NCBI GenBank assembly: GCA_011109175.1
Contig: RDEW01000052.1
Coordinates: 124,001-188,000 of the forward strand
DNA length: 64,000 nt
Source of the DNA: Dicyema japonicum
Taxonomy: Eukaryota; Animalia; Dicyemida
Reading direction: 5' to 3'
Below the pieces are notes generated by a model, which had not been told where the DNA came from, did not search any database, and saw nothing but the letters and a program-made list of their open reading frames with translations. A program made the translations under genes and the position numbers. Below are positions 23,231 to 35,859 of the stretch, piece after piece (position 1 is the first letter of the stretch; the number at the start of each line of letters is the position of its first letter).

Positions 23231-23389
23231 ATTGAATTAAAAATATTAAGAATATTTAAAAACCATTGGAATTTACAAATTGTATTAATTGAGAAATAAA
23301 ATATCTATAAAATTAATTAATTAAATTAGCGTGCTGAATGAGTCTGGTGCAATTTTAAGAGAAACCTTAGAAAAAATAAAAAAATAGTA

Positions 23390-23745
23390 AAGGAAATGAA
23401 GGCGGACTTGAACATTTTTAGACGGAAAGAGATCGGTTAACGAAAATAGCTATAAATTTTATTTCTGACGAAGAAGGAACTTACTATACGAGAAAGGGTA
23501 CAAATTGCGATTCTTTTGTGTTGAAGATATGAGTTGGAACTCAGATCCATTGAAGTAATTAAATAGTTTAGATAATTTTAGACTGAGCACAATTTAAATC
23601 ATTTTGGTAGAGATCGTATTCTATCTAAATTAAAAACTAAACTATGTGGTGCAACGAAGTCTGACATCGCTGGGATAATACGAAAGTGTGTTGTGTTCCA
23701 ATCAAAACGTCTCTTGTCAACAAAACCACCGATTACTCATATGTC
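23390..23745 (+). mobile_element. Integrase H2C2 relic (KRBA2/Ginger2-like)
   Basis: HFGRDRILSKLKTKLCGATKSDIAGIIRKCVV-QSKR resembles the H-GRDR..C-x2-C motif. Confidence 0.55.
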
Positions 23746-23959
23746 CTAGAGATCGCTATATTGCCGAAGAGGTATCCACTATGTGATGCTTTGGATACTG
23801 GAATTTGCCCTCTAACATTTGGGGTGCATATTCATATACGTGCGTGCATTCGACGATTATATTAAGTTATCACTTAGTCAGCCTAAAATTTTAATTTATT
23901 TATTTTTATTTTATAAGAAATAAAAATTTATTAAGGTAATTAATAAAAATAAAATTAAG

Positions 23960-24240
23960 GCATCTGAATGGCCATGCTATTTCCCCTAACAATAGCCAAC
24001 GAGATACGTTCTCGGAACCAACCAGTCTCCCCCGGATCCTTGGTCACAGCTTGGAATCATGGAGCCGATCTTACGAACCAACTCATCTGCTTGGGGGCCA
24101 AGGATTCCTGACGTTTTTTATTTTATTGAACCAAAAAACCACCGTCATATCCAAAATAACAAAATTCAGGTGATCCCAGCCTTTCTCAACAGTCTCCGCA
24201 TTTTTTCTCGGTGTTCCAACTGCGTTGAACTTCTTGGTCT
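23960..24240 (-). mobile_element. LINE family B 3' end followed in tandem by a CRE 3' stub
   Basis: QLEHREKMRRLLRKAGIT* + UTR, then ETGWFRERISLAIVRGNSMAIQMP* + AT tail. Confidence 0.75.
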
Positions 24241-25459
24241 CCTACCTCCCAATAAAGAGGTTTAATTTTTATTATTCCATTACCACAAAGATATATAGTG
24301 ATCCTCACTTTTGATTGATTTGTGCCTTTTCTACCGGGGGTTATTATCCAAATAGCTACAATATCATGATTTTGACAACATTCAGTTTTCTGATAAGAAC
24401 GGTTAATATGCCTTAACTAGAAAGATCTCATTAATATGAGACGGTGAGTCTATATATGACAAGGAGGTTTCCTTGTAAATGACGATGTTCACATGGTATC
24501 TGATACATGTGGCCAAGAGACAATATATAATCAGTAAAGTAGACATCCGGTTGACTTCAACAACAGCGACAAATTTAAGGAAAGATCAAAGAATATGCCG
24601 AATTGTGAAATATCCAATCACTTCATCTGGGATTTAGTCAATTTATAAAGGGGATGGCTTAAATGTTAGAGCTAAGAATTCTATTTTTATTTTCAAGTAA
24701 TTTTATCATAAAAAAGTTAGTGATAATCATTCTAAACATGGAAGACCAATATCTACAGCATTTTGTCCATTAAATACCCACATTTCCAACCGACGGATCT
24801 TATGTTTAGGGTAACCTATTCCAGGTAAGAGGCAGTGGGAGAGGAATAGCCAATGTGGAGTATTTAATAATTGATAGGCCATCGCCACGTGTTTACCTAT
24901 ATTTGATTACTTGGTAACGGTATTTAGATAAATTTCCAACAGTAGTCACGTGTCCTAGTGAGACAGTGCTCACAGATTGTAGGATTCACAACTGGTTGAT
25001 TCTCTTAGTGTAAGCGAAGGATGAGTCCATACGATAAATCTACGGTTTCAATAAAAGGCAATAAACGCAAATTGACATCAAAGAGAAAGTCGTGCGTTGT
25101 CACATTCGAGTCACTTGTCGCAGTGCGCCTGTTATCTCAACGTACAGAAAATGCTATATATGGAGGTTATCGAAAAGACCGGTGGTGAGGATTACCTTCC
25201 ACTGAACCATGTTTTGAAGGCTTGCAAACTTATGCACCTTGCTAATCGAGTCTCATAATAAATTTCTGGAAACTCGTGTATTGGAATATGTACACGTCGT
25301 CATGGATTGAAATAAATTTTCAGTAAAATTGTAAATTGAAGCAGTTCTATGCTGAATGTATAATAATTACTCAGGTGGTGGGGAGACTGCTTTATCAGAC
25401 GGAATTAACCGTCTTTTAAACCTAGCATAAACCAAAGTTTCCAAAGCTTAAAGAGAAGT

Positions 25460-25950
25460 TAATAGTGGATGAGGGTTCCTCGCAACCACCCTCAGATCAT
25501 CCTAACTGGTTGAGGTGGTGACGTGCCTCTCTTGCACAAGATGTCTTCTTGATGCACTCAATCTCCCTGTTCTCTATTGGATCATTCAATGTGAAAAAAC
25601 TCACATCATGCGTAAAAAACAACACTTATGTGCGGAGTAAATCGACAGTGGATATTCATGTTTGTTTGAAAATTGAATAAACGTTTGATTCAAAACGCTT
25701 GCTGTCAGTGATCGACTTGAAAATATTAGATTGCGACGATCCATCAGTTAAAATAATGAAGACTTTGGCAATTTAGAGAAGCCGATATATCCACTGTCTT
25801 TCAAAAAGTGAATATTGTATTTTTACAGTTAAACAACTCGGAGTCTTCGGGTCGAAAATCTTCCTTCTGAATGAGAGTAACACTGAAAGATATTCCAAAG
25901 ACTCGAAGATTCTCAATCCGTGAACGAATATATTATTTTTGATTTAAAAG
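25460..25950 (+). mobile_element. Second RTE-like family: 5'UTR and APE N-terminus (copy at 53920-54400)
   Basis: IGSFNV(K/R)(K/G)LTS..VDI; the 5'UTR shares GTGGTGACGTGCCTC with the RTE at 31.35 kb. Confidence 0.6.
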
Positions 25951-26059
25951 CCTTTATTCCCTTTAATGCTTCGAAGCACGAGAAAATGCTGATATCTTCA
26001 GATTTAAAATATTTTTCATTTTCGAAAAATACTTTTGACAACGTGCTTTATTGTTGTTT

Positions 26060-27110
26060 GTGGAACATGGCTCTTAAGACCATTAATAATTGAATAATGA
26101 GTAGTGGTTTTTCTCTCTGAAAAAAAAGAATATCGTTTTGCTTATGGAAAAACTTCGGAAATCGACCGTAAAGTTTGTGCTCAGTTTGTAAACCAAAACC
26201 AAACTGCTTATGGACATTACCCGCCTACAATGAAGTTATTCACTACTCGAAGCCGGGATCTAATCTCGCTCCATTCCGGTTGAAGGTTCCTCCACGGTGG
26301 AGCGCAGAGGAAAGCAAAATACTGGAATGTAAATTTCCTTGGATAAGCGGTTCAGAATCTCAGCTCAGAGGAATCAAAGAGACTGCAGTGTGGAACCAGT
26401 CTAATTTACAAATAATAGAAAATTCTTTTGCTCGCCCTAAAATTTGGCCTCGATGTAAAAACAGGGGTGATGATTTGATTATCTTTTAAAGAATTTTGGG
26501 GGCACTCTTAAAAGTTAGTATATTCATGGTCGAATAAACTCAGATAAACATGAAACGATAACTTTTCAAGACAGCAATGATACTGACCTCTCCAAGTCAT
26601 AAATCTAAATTTTAGGTAAAGGTTTTTACATAAATAGTTATAGCAGCTCCACTAGAGGTCAACCATAGTGTCACGCAAGAAGCACGCTTTTCAAGATACG
26701 AGTCCAAAAGTTTATCAGCAACACGTTTCAGTACTGTCACAAACCTTTCCACGTGACTTTTGGTATGAAAAGTTACATTTTTCTGATTTTTATTAGAACT
26801 CTTTTTCTTTTCGAAGGAGATAAATGTGTGAGTAATCTAGAGTCTTTCAATCCTCTTGTTTTCAACTATTCAGTCTATCTACCACATTTGTTTAAACGAC
26901 CACAACCATCATCTATTCCAGATTTATAGCGAGATCTCTGTACTGTTAGGGATATAAATGACTGCAGACAACAGAAACCACAAACGTGTTTATTTGTAGA
27001 CTTTAAACTTCCAAAACTTGTGAGAACATTACAAGCCTTATCTATGTTTCCTTGGTGATCCTCAAATAACAGTTAGTAAGTTGGAGACTGAGAAACCAGA
27101 AGAGGTAGAG
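26060..27110 (-). pseudogene. Unidentified intron-containing gene relic downstream of ferritin (copy at 54511-55720)
   Basis: A long frame interrupted by stops is restored by 24-26 nt GT-AG introns (e.g. GTAAAAACCTTTACCTAAAATTTAG, GTCAGTATCATTGCTGTCTTGAAAAG): LKRVADKLLDSYLEKRASCVTLWLTSSGAAITIY|IYDLES|YRFMF... Confidence 0.55.
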
Positions 27111-27157
27111 AAATCAAGATATGTTAGAAAAGTTAAGGTTAGAGAATTAGTCCAAAA

Positions 27158-27693
27158 TTAACTGAGTTGCTTATCAAAGTACGTCCGATCCGCTTCAGTT
27201 TCGCATCTTCAGCGTATAGTGATCTATCTGCCCAACTCGGAGATATCCTCAATTTGTTCTTTTATGAATTCAGCAATGAAATTTTCGAACTACAAATCAG
27301 CCCAAAGTAAACGTCCAAATCATTGCTATTCTTCGCCAAAGTCGACATGTTATAAATCTAAGCGATCATAAAGGATTCGTGAATTGGATTGAACCCCCTA
27401 ATTATCAGTAATCAAACTGACTTCAATCATTTTTAGTGAGACAGCTCCACTTCTTCTGATTTGGAAATGCATGAATCGTTTAGCATGTTCCAACTCCTCC
27501 ACGGATTTCTTTTCAAAGTACTTTTCGGCTTCCCGGGTAGCTCAAGGTGACTAAGCTGAAGTAATCTACATTTCATTATTCAACCAAATTCATGTATAAG
27601 TAGAAAGCAGTCAGTTCATTGTTGATTTGCTTGTTTATGGAACTGTCAATGTCCCCAGTGAACTCATATTTCCCCAACAATCGGATTACTCAT
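27158..27693 (-). pseudogene. FTH: Ferritin unprocessed pseudogene, copy A
   Basis: DIDSSINKQINNELTAFYLYMNL|..EKYFEKKSVEELEHAKRFMHFQIRRSG..KMIE|..NDLD|FENFIAEFIKEQIEDISELG..YFDKQLS*. It has three micro-introns (about 19, 24 and 23 nt), plus stops and a deletion. Confidence 0.85.
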
Positions 27694-27802
27694 TGATGAT
27701 GCTTGATTATTGCCAAAAAGCGAACAAATTCTAATTCTAAATTTACAGTATTTAACCACCCACATAATTGACAAATAATCACTAATATTATCGACATTGC
27801 GT

Positions 27803-27960
27803 TTAAATCAAGTTGAGAAGAAAAGATCGAACATTCATGAGGACATTCCTCCAATCTGTAAATGTCGGGGTCACATAATTAATTTCTACTAGCACTGTCT
27901 TTCCTAGCGTTCCTGTGGTTAATAAATGAATTCCAGTGTCTGGTTCATGAGAGTAATGTG
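27803..27960 (-). pseudogene. Possible 3' end of a further co-oriented gene upstream of ferritin
   Basis: Open frame EPDTGIHLLTTGTLGKTVLVEINYVTPTFTDWRNVLMNVRSFLLNLI* ends about 110 nt before the ferritin ATG. Confidence 0.3.
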
Positions 27961-28549
27961 AGAGTCATTGCCAAGACTCTAATGAGGAAGAACATTATCA
28001 AGGGAAGGTATCATTGGTGTTTACTTTAGGGGATTGATTGCTGAATCGTTCATGACATTTCAAGTAGGAATGACTCCTCTCACACACGTGTATGCCTCAT
28101 TGATGGCTGTCGAATTTACTCTAAGGAACACTCCACGAGGAAGACATCAACAGCAGAACCGGATACATAAAAGAAATGTGGTGGCTGGTATCAAAAATCA
28201 GTTCAAAGACTGATGACCTAATAGATGAGGAAGACCAAATCACCCAAATGTTCACTCTCACTGACAACCTCACTTATTTTTTAATTTTTTTTAATATTTT
28301 TTTTATTTTTTTAATATTTAAAAAGTTGTATTTATTTTATTTTATTGATCCACTTGTCTAGGTGGCACCCAGGGCATGAAAAAGGATCATTTGCTCTCCC
28401 CCACTCCACAGGAAGGGTTTCCACAACTGCAAATTCCGGATGGACTCTGTTTCTGTAGAAGTGGAAACTGGATACATTTAACTAGTTGTTTACTTTAACT
28501 TTTTTCTCGGTGTATCCGGAGAGTTAATAAATTAATTAATCCAAAATAA

Positions 28550-28716
28550 CAAATTCTGGTGATCCCAGACTCAACAGTTTCCGCATCTTTTCTCGGTGTT
28601 CCAACTGCGTTCCTGCGCATTTCAGATATGGAAGTCGGTCCGCATACTCGAGTCCTTCGCAAGGGCACTGTTCCATTCGCCTCTATCATATTTTCTAGGT
28701 TTCTCGGCAGAATTTC
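28550..28716 (-). mobile_element. LINE family B 3' stub forming the RTE target region
   Basis: QLEHREKMRKLLSLGSP / gggatcaccagaatttgttattttgga, homologous to 24170-24230. Confidence 0.6.
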
Positions 28717-28725
28717 TACTGTGTA

Positions 28726-31367
28726 TTATTATTATCACTTTCACGAGAGCCATAATATCCCGCATGTGCAGCAAAAAATATAAGAAATTAGTTAAGTTGC
28801 TCCAAGCTCGTCTGTTTTTTGCTAGGTCCCTTAGTAAGTCCAGATCGTCACCAGATGCCAATGCTTTCTTCACGGCTTTCAGATCGTTTTGTAAAACGAC
28901 CGGGAGGGTAGTTCCCGGTCTTCCACGAAAGCGTTTTACATTGGAGGAGTAGTAATCTTTCATTGCGATATTCGGAAGGGATATCGGGTCCAACCTCAGG
29001 ACGTCTCCAAAAAGTCTCCAACGAGAGCTAACGATCTCGTGGCTTAATAATATACAGTCACAATTATTGTACAGTTCATTCCGCGAGTTCTTGGATGGCC
29101 AGGACATTCCAGTTATGTTTCTTAGATGATTCCTGTGAAATAAGTCTAGCCTCTCCAATTCCTCTATAGAAATGGCCTAGGTCCCAGAGATGTATAGTAG
29201 AATTGGCTCTGTCCGTTCTGTTTTTCAGTGAGAAACCATTTCTCAAGTATATCTGGTGCTTTTTCTAGAACATGCTCCAGTAGTTCTCTGTCTTCAGAAA
29301 TTAGGTCGACATCATCAGCATAAATCACTTCTTCTATTTTTCCTTGATATAATGGTCTCAGTTCCCTCATAGCGGCCTCCAAGTATATTGTGAATAGTAG
29401 GGGAGAGAGGGAGTCATCTTGAAAAGTACCTGAGTTTGTTTCAAATTTTCTTGAGTAGGTTTTTCAACTCTCACAAGGAGTTCTTTGTTAGATAGAAAGA
29501 TTTGAATCATTCTTAGACTCGATTCGTCAATAAACCCTCCAGCACTGTCATAAATTTTTTCATGTTAACTGAATCAAAGGCTTTTGATAGATCTATTCCC
29601 AGAATGTGGATGGCATTGCAATATCTTTGATGTGTTGCACATCTCCATCTGTGACTCCAGACTGCATCAGCTGTTGATCTTCCTTCTCTGAACCCACTTT
29701 GACTTTTGGGTATTCATAGGCGCGTCCTTTTACTCGTTCCAATACAATGTTAGCTAAGACATTCCGTAGAGAATTTGATAATATAATAGGTCCTAAGTTT
29801 TTAACCGGTCCTTTGGGTTTATTGAGTTTTTGTATAGGTATTAGTAATCCCGTTCTCAGGGCAAGGTTGAGTTAGTTGAAAACATTTCATTTAGTAGTGT
29901 AGCGATTTTTTCAAAAAACGGGTCAGGGCCGTATTTCAGTAATTCTGGGTTTATCGTATCTGGTCCAGGGCTTCTGTTATTTTTTAGTTTTTGACATGCT
30001 GTTTTTACTTCCAAAATTGAAATTGGTTTTTTGAATGTCTAGGCTTTCCTTTGCATGGGGGGAGTGCTGTAGTCACATTAAAAAGTTCATCAAAATGTGT
30101 TGCAATTACCAGCGCTTGCTCTTCAGTATTCAGTAATGTCTTGCCATTTTTTGTCTTTGATGATTATTCGTTTTTTCCGGTTTGTGAGGTGTAGTAAACG
30201 AACGGCCATATACATTGTGAATTATCCTTTAGTTGGATACTTCATTGATTTTGCCAAGAAGTTCTTGTGGAGTGTCTTGTTCAGTCTCCTGATTTTTCTA
30301 CGGATTTGGTCTCTCTGCCCCTGAAAGACTTTTCTCTTGTTATAGTCTTTTTCGTTTAGTTTTTTTGTATGGATTTCTTTTAACTCTTTGTTTACTCCTT
30401 TACTAGTTCTGTATATGTCGTCCGACCCTTACTGGCCATCTCCCGCGTGCCGAGGTACTGGCTTGCTGCTTCGTTTATTATATACTTTGTGTGATCCCAC
30501 GAAATTACTACTGTTTGGTCCTTCAGATAAGAGCAGATGTGTTTTTGGAAATTTTTGACTGTGTCTGGATGAGAGATCAGTTTTCCCGTTGCGTATCCAT
30601 TTCTTGTATTCTCATTATTATTGTTTGTAATGTTATTATGTTTCTTATGTTTGATACCATGTTTCGCCAAACTGAAGGTGACAATAACCATTCTGTGATC
30701 GCTGACAGTTGTTGAACCTTTGTATGAGCAGAAATGGCCAAGTATGGTCCCAGGCAAGTTTTCTTTTCCCACGTCCGTGTTTTTCCATGAGGTATCTTCT
30801 GAGTTCTTTATCGTTACAATTTTCGCATTTAGATCGTCAGCAATGAATATAAGTGAGGACGACTCATATTCATTATACGTCTTTGATAATGCTGAGTAGA
30901 ATTCATCCAGTACGGTCGGGTTTTTTGCCACTCTTCCACAGTGTGGTGCATATACATTTATAATCGTTAGTGTATTTTTAGGGGAACATTGATTGTTCAG
31001 GTGGATCTGTATTACGCAGATCCTGTCATTCACCGCCAAATACGACTGATGTCAGATGATAGTTTTATGTGAATGGCGAATCCAAGACCATAGTGTTTTG
31101 AGTCACTGGGTAGACATATTAGACGATATCTTCCGTGGTTTTCTTCGAGATAGTACGTAGTTTTCGTCTCTTGAATACAGCCAATAGAACGTTATATCTT
31201 TCTAGGTCATCACAGAGAGTATTTCTTGACTAAGGCTTAGATATTCCTCTAGCATTGAATGTAAAAAACTTTAGGGCAAGCATATTCTTTTGTATCTTCT
31301 GCTTTCTAGACATTTTTTTTATCCGTTGTACAGAGAAGAAACGAGGCACGTCACCACGTCACCAAAA
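28726..31367 (-). mobile_element. RTE-clade LINE (APE + RT), end-to-end copy with internal deletions, 9-bp TSD
   Basis: FTFNARG; IQETK; INVYAP; ADDLNAK; SDH; IYADD; RFRGRPGTTL; (TAA)n tail. TSD TACACAGTA at 28717-28725 and 31368-31376. Confidence 0.92.
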
Positions 31368-31900
31368 TACTGTGTAGATTTTTAAATTTAGACAATTTAG
31401 TTTTATTTTTTAAGTGACGATTTATCAGACTGTGACATTTTAAATAAAGAATTTGATTTTTAATAAAAAAAAACTACATCTATTTGACTGATTAGTTAGT
31501 TATTTAAGTGACCTCATGTTGTTCTTAAAAGGATTCCGATTTGTCTGTGGGCCACGTAGTCTTTTATTATCACTTAGTCTTCGGATGCTTCTTGTATAAA
31601 CAGTATTATGTATCTGTTTTAGACGACTCCGGTCATTGGGGTTGGAAGGGGTTGATGATAGCATTCGAGACAGGTCACTGGTTGTCATAATAATTTTTTT
31701 AGGGATTTGCATAGAGAATGACAAGGATAGACTGGGCTGCAGGCTTGGAAGTGGAACTGAGGAGCTCTCACTTTCAAATAGTCTCAAATGAGAAGGATTC
31801 CGATTCCCAATGAAGATCATCAATAAGGGTTGATTGAGACATCCAGTAATTGTTCTGTGCCCCATGTTTGAATGAGGTCCCATGTATGACGATACTTTTC
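31368..31900 (-). mobile_element. Segment Z: LINE family A 3' end and AT-rich tail (further copies at 42150-42690 and 59250-59580)
   Basis: RTITGCL..DDLHWES..; RLKQIHNTVYTRSIRRLSDNKRL; three near-identical copies. Confidence 0.75.
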
Positions 31901-31989
31901 CTTTAATTTTTTCCGTTGTCGGTATGTGATTTCTTAGTTAGTTGAGAACATTTTGTTTCTTTCTCTATGACCCAGTGATCTCCTCATAG

Positions 31990-33480
31990 ATTAATACAGG
32001 TCAACCTCCATTGAAAAAATCGAAGAGGAACCACTTATCTTCCAACTTTTCAGATACGGATGTAAAAGAAGCACTGCTAAATACAAAGACTGCATATTCC
32101 CACTGGCCAGATGAAATCCCTGTTATACAACTGAAAAATCTTGGACCTGAGGGAATCAGGACGCTTACAAAGATCTATAATTGGTCTTTAAATGGAAAAC
32201 GCGATCCCCTCACTATGGAAACTCGCCTACATTTGCCCGATGTTAAAAATGGGAAAAACAAAAAACGGACCGGTATCATTGCTATCTTAAATGTCGAAAA
32301 TTATGGAATTAATAGTTCTTCAGATCAGAGGAACAATCCCAGAGAAACCATTCTAACACGGATTTAAATCCCATAACTCGACGGAAAAATCACCTACTAT
32401 CCCGTGTGATTTTATTCGCTCAGAGTTCACCAACAAACCAAGGCAAAAAAGACAATTCTATTCTGTAGAAATTCTCAAGGTATTCGACTCCATCCCAAAA
32501 AAGACTCTCCAGGAAACTCTTATCAGACGGATATTCCTGAGAATTTCAAACTCTGGATGGTGAATTTCATCGATGAAAGAAAAAAACTAGTCTGTTTAGG
32601 AAATCTACGGTTGAATTCCCGTTTAATTCCCAAATGGAATACCCAAGGATCTCTTCTGTCTCCTATACTCTTCAACCTTTTCATGAATGATATCCTGACT
32701 CCGGAGTATGAGAATGACCTTTTACTGAATTATGCAGATGATATTGTTATTGAATACAGGACCAAAACGTTTAGGTCGCCACGGAGAGATTACGATTATT
32801 TGTGATCTGCTTAATCTTCTGGTTAAATCAATACGGTCTGTCGATCAGCCCGGAAAAATCGGTTACGTCTCTCCTTTCCTCTGATAAGATTATATCCAAC
32901 AGGACAGCGTGGAGGTTGAAGCAGATGGAAGCAAGCTACCATTCCAAAAATGGCAGAAGATCCAGGGAGTAGTATTCGACACCTATATGACATAATTGCG
33001 CCACGTGGAAATTGTTTGAAACAAATTTGAAAAGAAAATCAACCTTTTGAAAGGGATCTTGTCTGTACTCCATACTTGCAATTGCTCTTCTTTATTGAGG
33101 ATATAAGTCAATCATTAGACTTTTTGAGTGTCTTCAAATCCACACTAATAAGACTTAAGGATCTTTTTGTTAAAAGCATGTGCAATCATCGACCATTTTC
33201 GATGAGGAATTCTGATGAGTCCTCTTTGAGCCGATATGACCGCATCAGTGCGTTTGTCAACATACTTTACTGTATCACTGAATGTCTCTAAAGAGATAAG
33301 ATTGGAATGCTAATTTGCAGCGACATTAGATTGTGAGATTGCATCAGATTCTTGTGTTCCGAACAACCCAGGACCACAAATTCTACGTTTTAAATAATTT
33401 CTCTGTCAGGTACTTCGTACTTGGTCCATTGGAAGTGTTTTCGCTTAGTAGAAACAAACATACACGTCACAAAAATTCTA
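31990..33480 (+). mobile_element. 5'-truncated LINE RT (copies at 43200-44700 and, partially, 47320-47700)
   Basis: LKNLGPEGIRTLTKIYN; QGSLLSPILFNLFMNDI; NYADD. Confidence 0.85.
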
Positions 33481-33577
33481 AATTTAATTTATTAGTAATA
33501 TTATTAATAAAGTGATCACTGAATATGAATTACTTTATTGCGCATTAATATAATTCTAAATTATAAAAATAACAACA

Positions 33578-35716
33578 TTATAATATGTCCGGAAAATTTC
33601 AGCATAATAATGAATCTCCTTCATATTGGATAGTAAACAAATATTCTCAATTTTCATAAGAATGTTATGAGAAATAAAAATTTCCACATATTCAGGTCCT
33701 ATTATAACATAAGGAATATCGATTACTCCTTGCTAGAATAGCACATTCCCTCACAGCCCAAAGCCAAATTCGGTTATCTGTGTTTGCATCCAATAAATTT
33801 ATCGTGGACTTTATTGACCTTAAGATAGAATATAGGAAACAATACCTATCGTAATTATCGCAAACTACACGAGGAAGATATTTTATTGCCTTAACAATAG
33901 AATCTAGAATGGGTTGGCATGGATTCAAGTCGCTAAAATCAGAATTCAAAAATATAGGGAAAATAGCATTTGAATCAATTAATATCTGGCAGATACATCT
34001 CAAAACGGAAAAATTTATATAATAATCGTATCGATAATACATAGTTCTATTTAATAAACAACAATTTTACATTAAAACATTTAATAGACCATATTCCCAT
34101 ATTAAATGTTTGGAGTTAGAGCATTTAGCTATATTTTCCACGATTTTAATGATTGGAATTAATGTATATTTGTAATCAATTGGAGATAAGCAACATTTTT
34201 CGAGAAAAATATATATATAATAAATTCCATTATTATCAATAAACAAATTTAAATTCTTTTCATTTTCGTCTAACAATAATAATTTTAGATAACTAGAAGA
34301 AAACATAACAAATCAAATTTTGTAGTATCAAAAAAGTCTTTTGTTTTGAATTGTTCTACACATAACTAAAAATATATTGTCATAAACTTTGACAAGTCCT
34401 TCAAAATTGCCAACATAGGCTAGTAGATCAGTACTCACATTTTTCATGAAATAGTTATAATTACGAAAAGGAGAATCAAACCTTGAATGAAGTTTTATAA
34501 ACAAAAATGAAAATGCAGGAAGCTAAAATAAGAAGTAACAAACAAAAATAGAGATGTTCCAAGGTTTAAAATCGCCTAAAAACTGTATAAAACTCTAAAA
34601 TTAAGATATCAAAATCTAAACTGTATGTGTATAAGCATCATTTATAACATCTAAAAAAATTTCAAAAATAGTGCTATAAATGAGATATATGATACATAAT
34701 ATTTGAACTCGATCCGTTTCTGACTATTTTGTATAGAGTATTAATGAAATATATATTATAATGCATGTATCGACGTATAAACTATATTTAAATTATATAA
34801 TACTTTCCAAAATTGTTTTAATAATTTATTTTCAAATTTAAAATTAACAAAATCAATCATTCTCATAACATAGATAAATAGTTTTTTTTTATTATCGAAG
34901 TGTTGTAAAGACGAGATAAGTTTTTTTATAATTGATTGAGGATCATTCTATATTCTTTTATAAAATATACAGAATCGCTTATATTTTTACTGAAATGTAA
35001 AATTTTCTTTTGATGAAGTTTTTTAAATCCCTTTTTTCTGATTAGTCTAGAATTATTAAATTCAAAACTTTTTTAACTTTTTAAATACTTTTCCTTTAAT
35101 AAAATATCCAGATAAATTCACACAAGTAAGATTCTTGGCTTTTTTGAAAAGTGAAAAAAAATTACAGTCGTATCCTCTTAAATGTAATTAAGACATTGTG
35201 AAAATTTAAACGTTCCAGTTTATCAATTATTTTTAGTGTACTATTATAAATAGTCGTCGTTCTATTGTCTCCAAATAGATTGAGAGTGCGTAGTTTTCCA
35301 AATCCAGTCATAAATAGTTGATGTAGCAAATCTGGGTTATCATAACGCAACAGTGTGAATGATTTGACCGCATTCGGGGAAACTGCAAGAAAAGGATTCT
35401 TTTCTGATGAAAAAATCTTGCTTATTGTAATATTTGATAAATTTGGATAAACTCGAATCATATTAACAACGTCATTTATATCAACTTCTTCACGAGTCAA
35501 TTCAAGGCAAAAAATGTCTTTTCGTACTTTATTCGAAATCCCATGTAAAATTGGATCTTGATAAAGTGCAGGACATAAAATAAAATATTTTAATTCAGTA
35601 AAAATTCTTTTGGATAACATTTTTTTAGTCTTGTCGTTTAATTTTATAAATTTTTGTTTCTTAGAGTATTTTCGAATATTATTAATACATAAAGCATATA
35701 ATGAAGGTGTTTCCAT
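33578..35716 (-). pseudogene. ZYG11: ZYG-11/ZER1-like CRL2 substrate receptor (BC-box, LRR, ARM), copy A
   Basis: N-terminal BC-box-like PSLYALCINNI; LRR-like LRTLNL/LERLNF; ARM segment DENEKNLNLFIDNNG..IVENIAK resembles ZER1 DETPDNC..F..G..LGNVAE. Frameshifts and a deletion of about 100 nt are present. Confidence 0.7.
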
Positions 35717-35859
35717 TTTATAACTTGAAAATATTTTAATGACCTTGATATGAATTATATTAATTTTATTTATTTGAATTTTATAAATATTTATTTTTTT
35801 ATAAAAATAAATACGTCTCTATTTGAAATTGAATTTATTTATTCAAAAACCGGGTCAAC

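Larger units (their letters stand above)
21507..28000. repeat. Segment X, duplicated at 51550-56570
   Basis: Colinear similarity, roughly 90% by eye, with indels. The copy lacks about 23740-25300. Confidence 0.9.

Noticed and set aside
27694-27800. Iron-responsive element upstream of ferritin
   Set aside because: No CAGUGN-loop hairpin is present in either copy.
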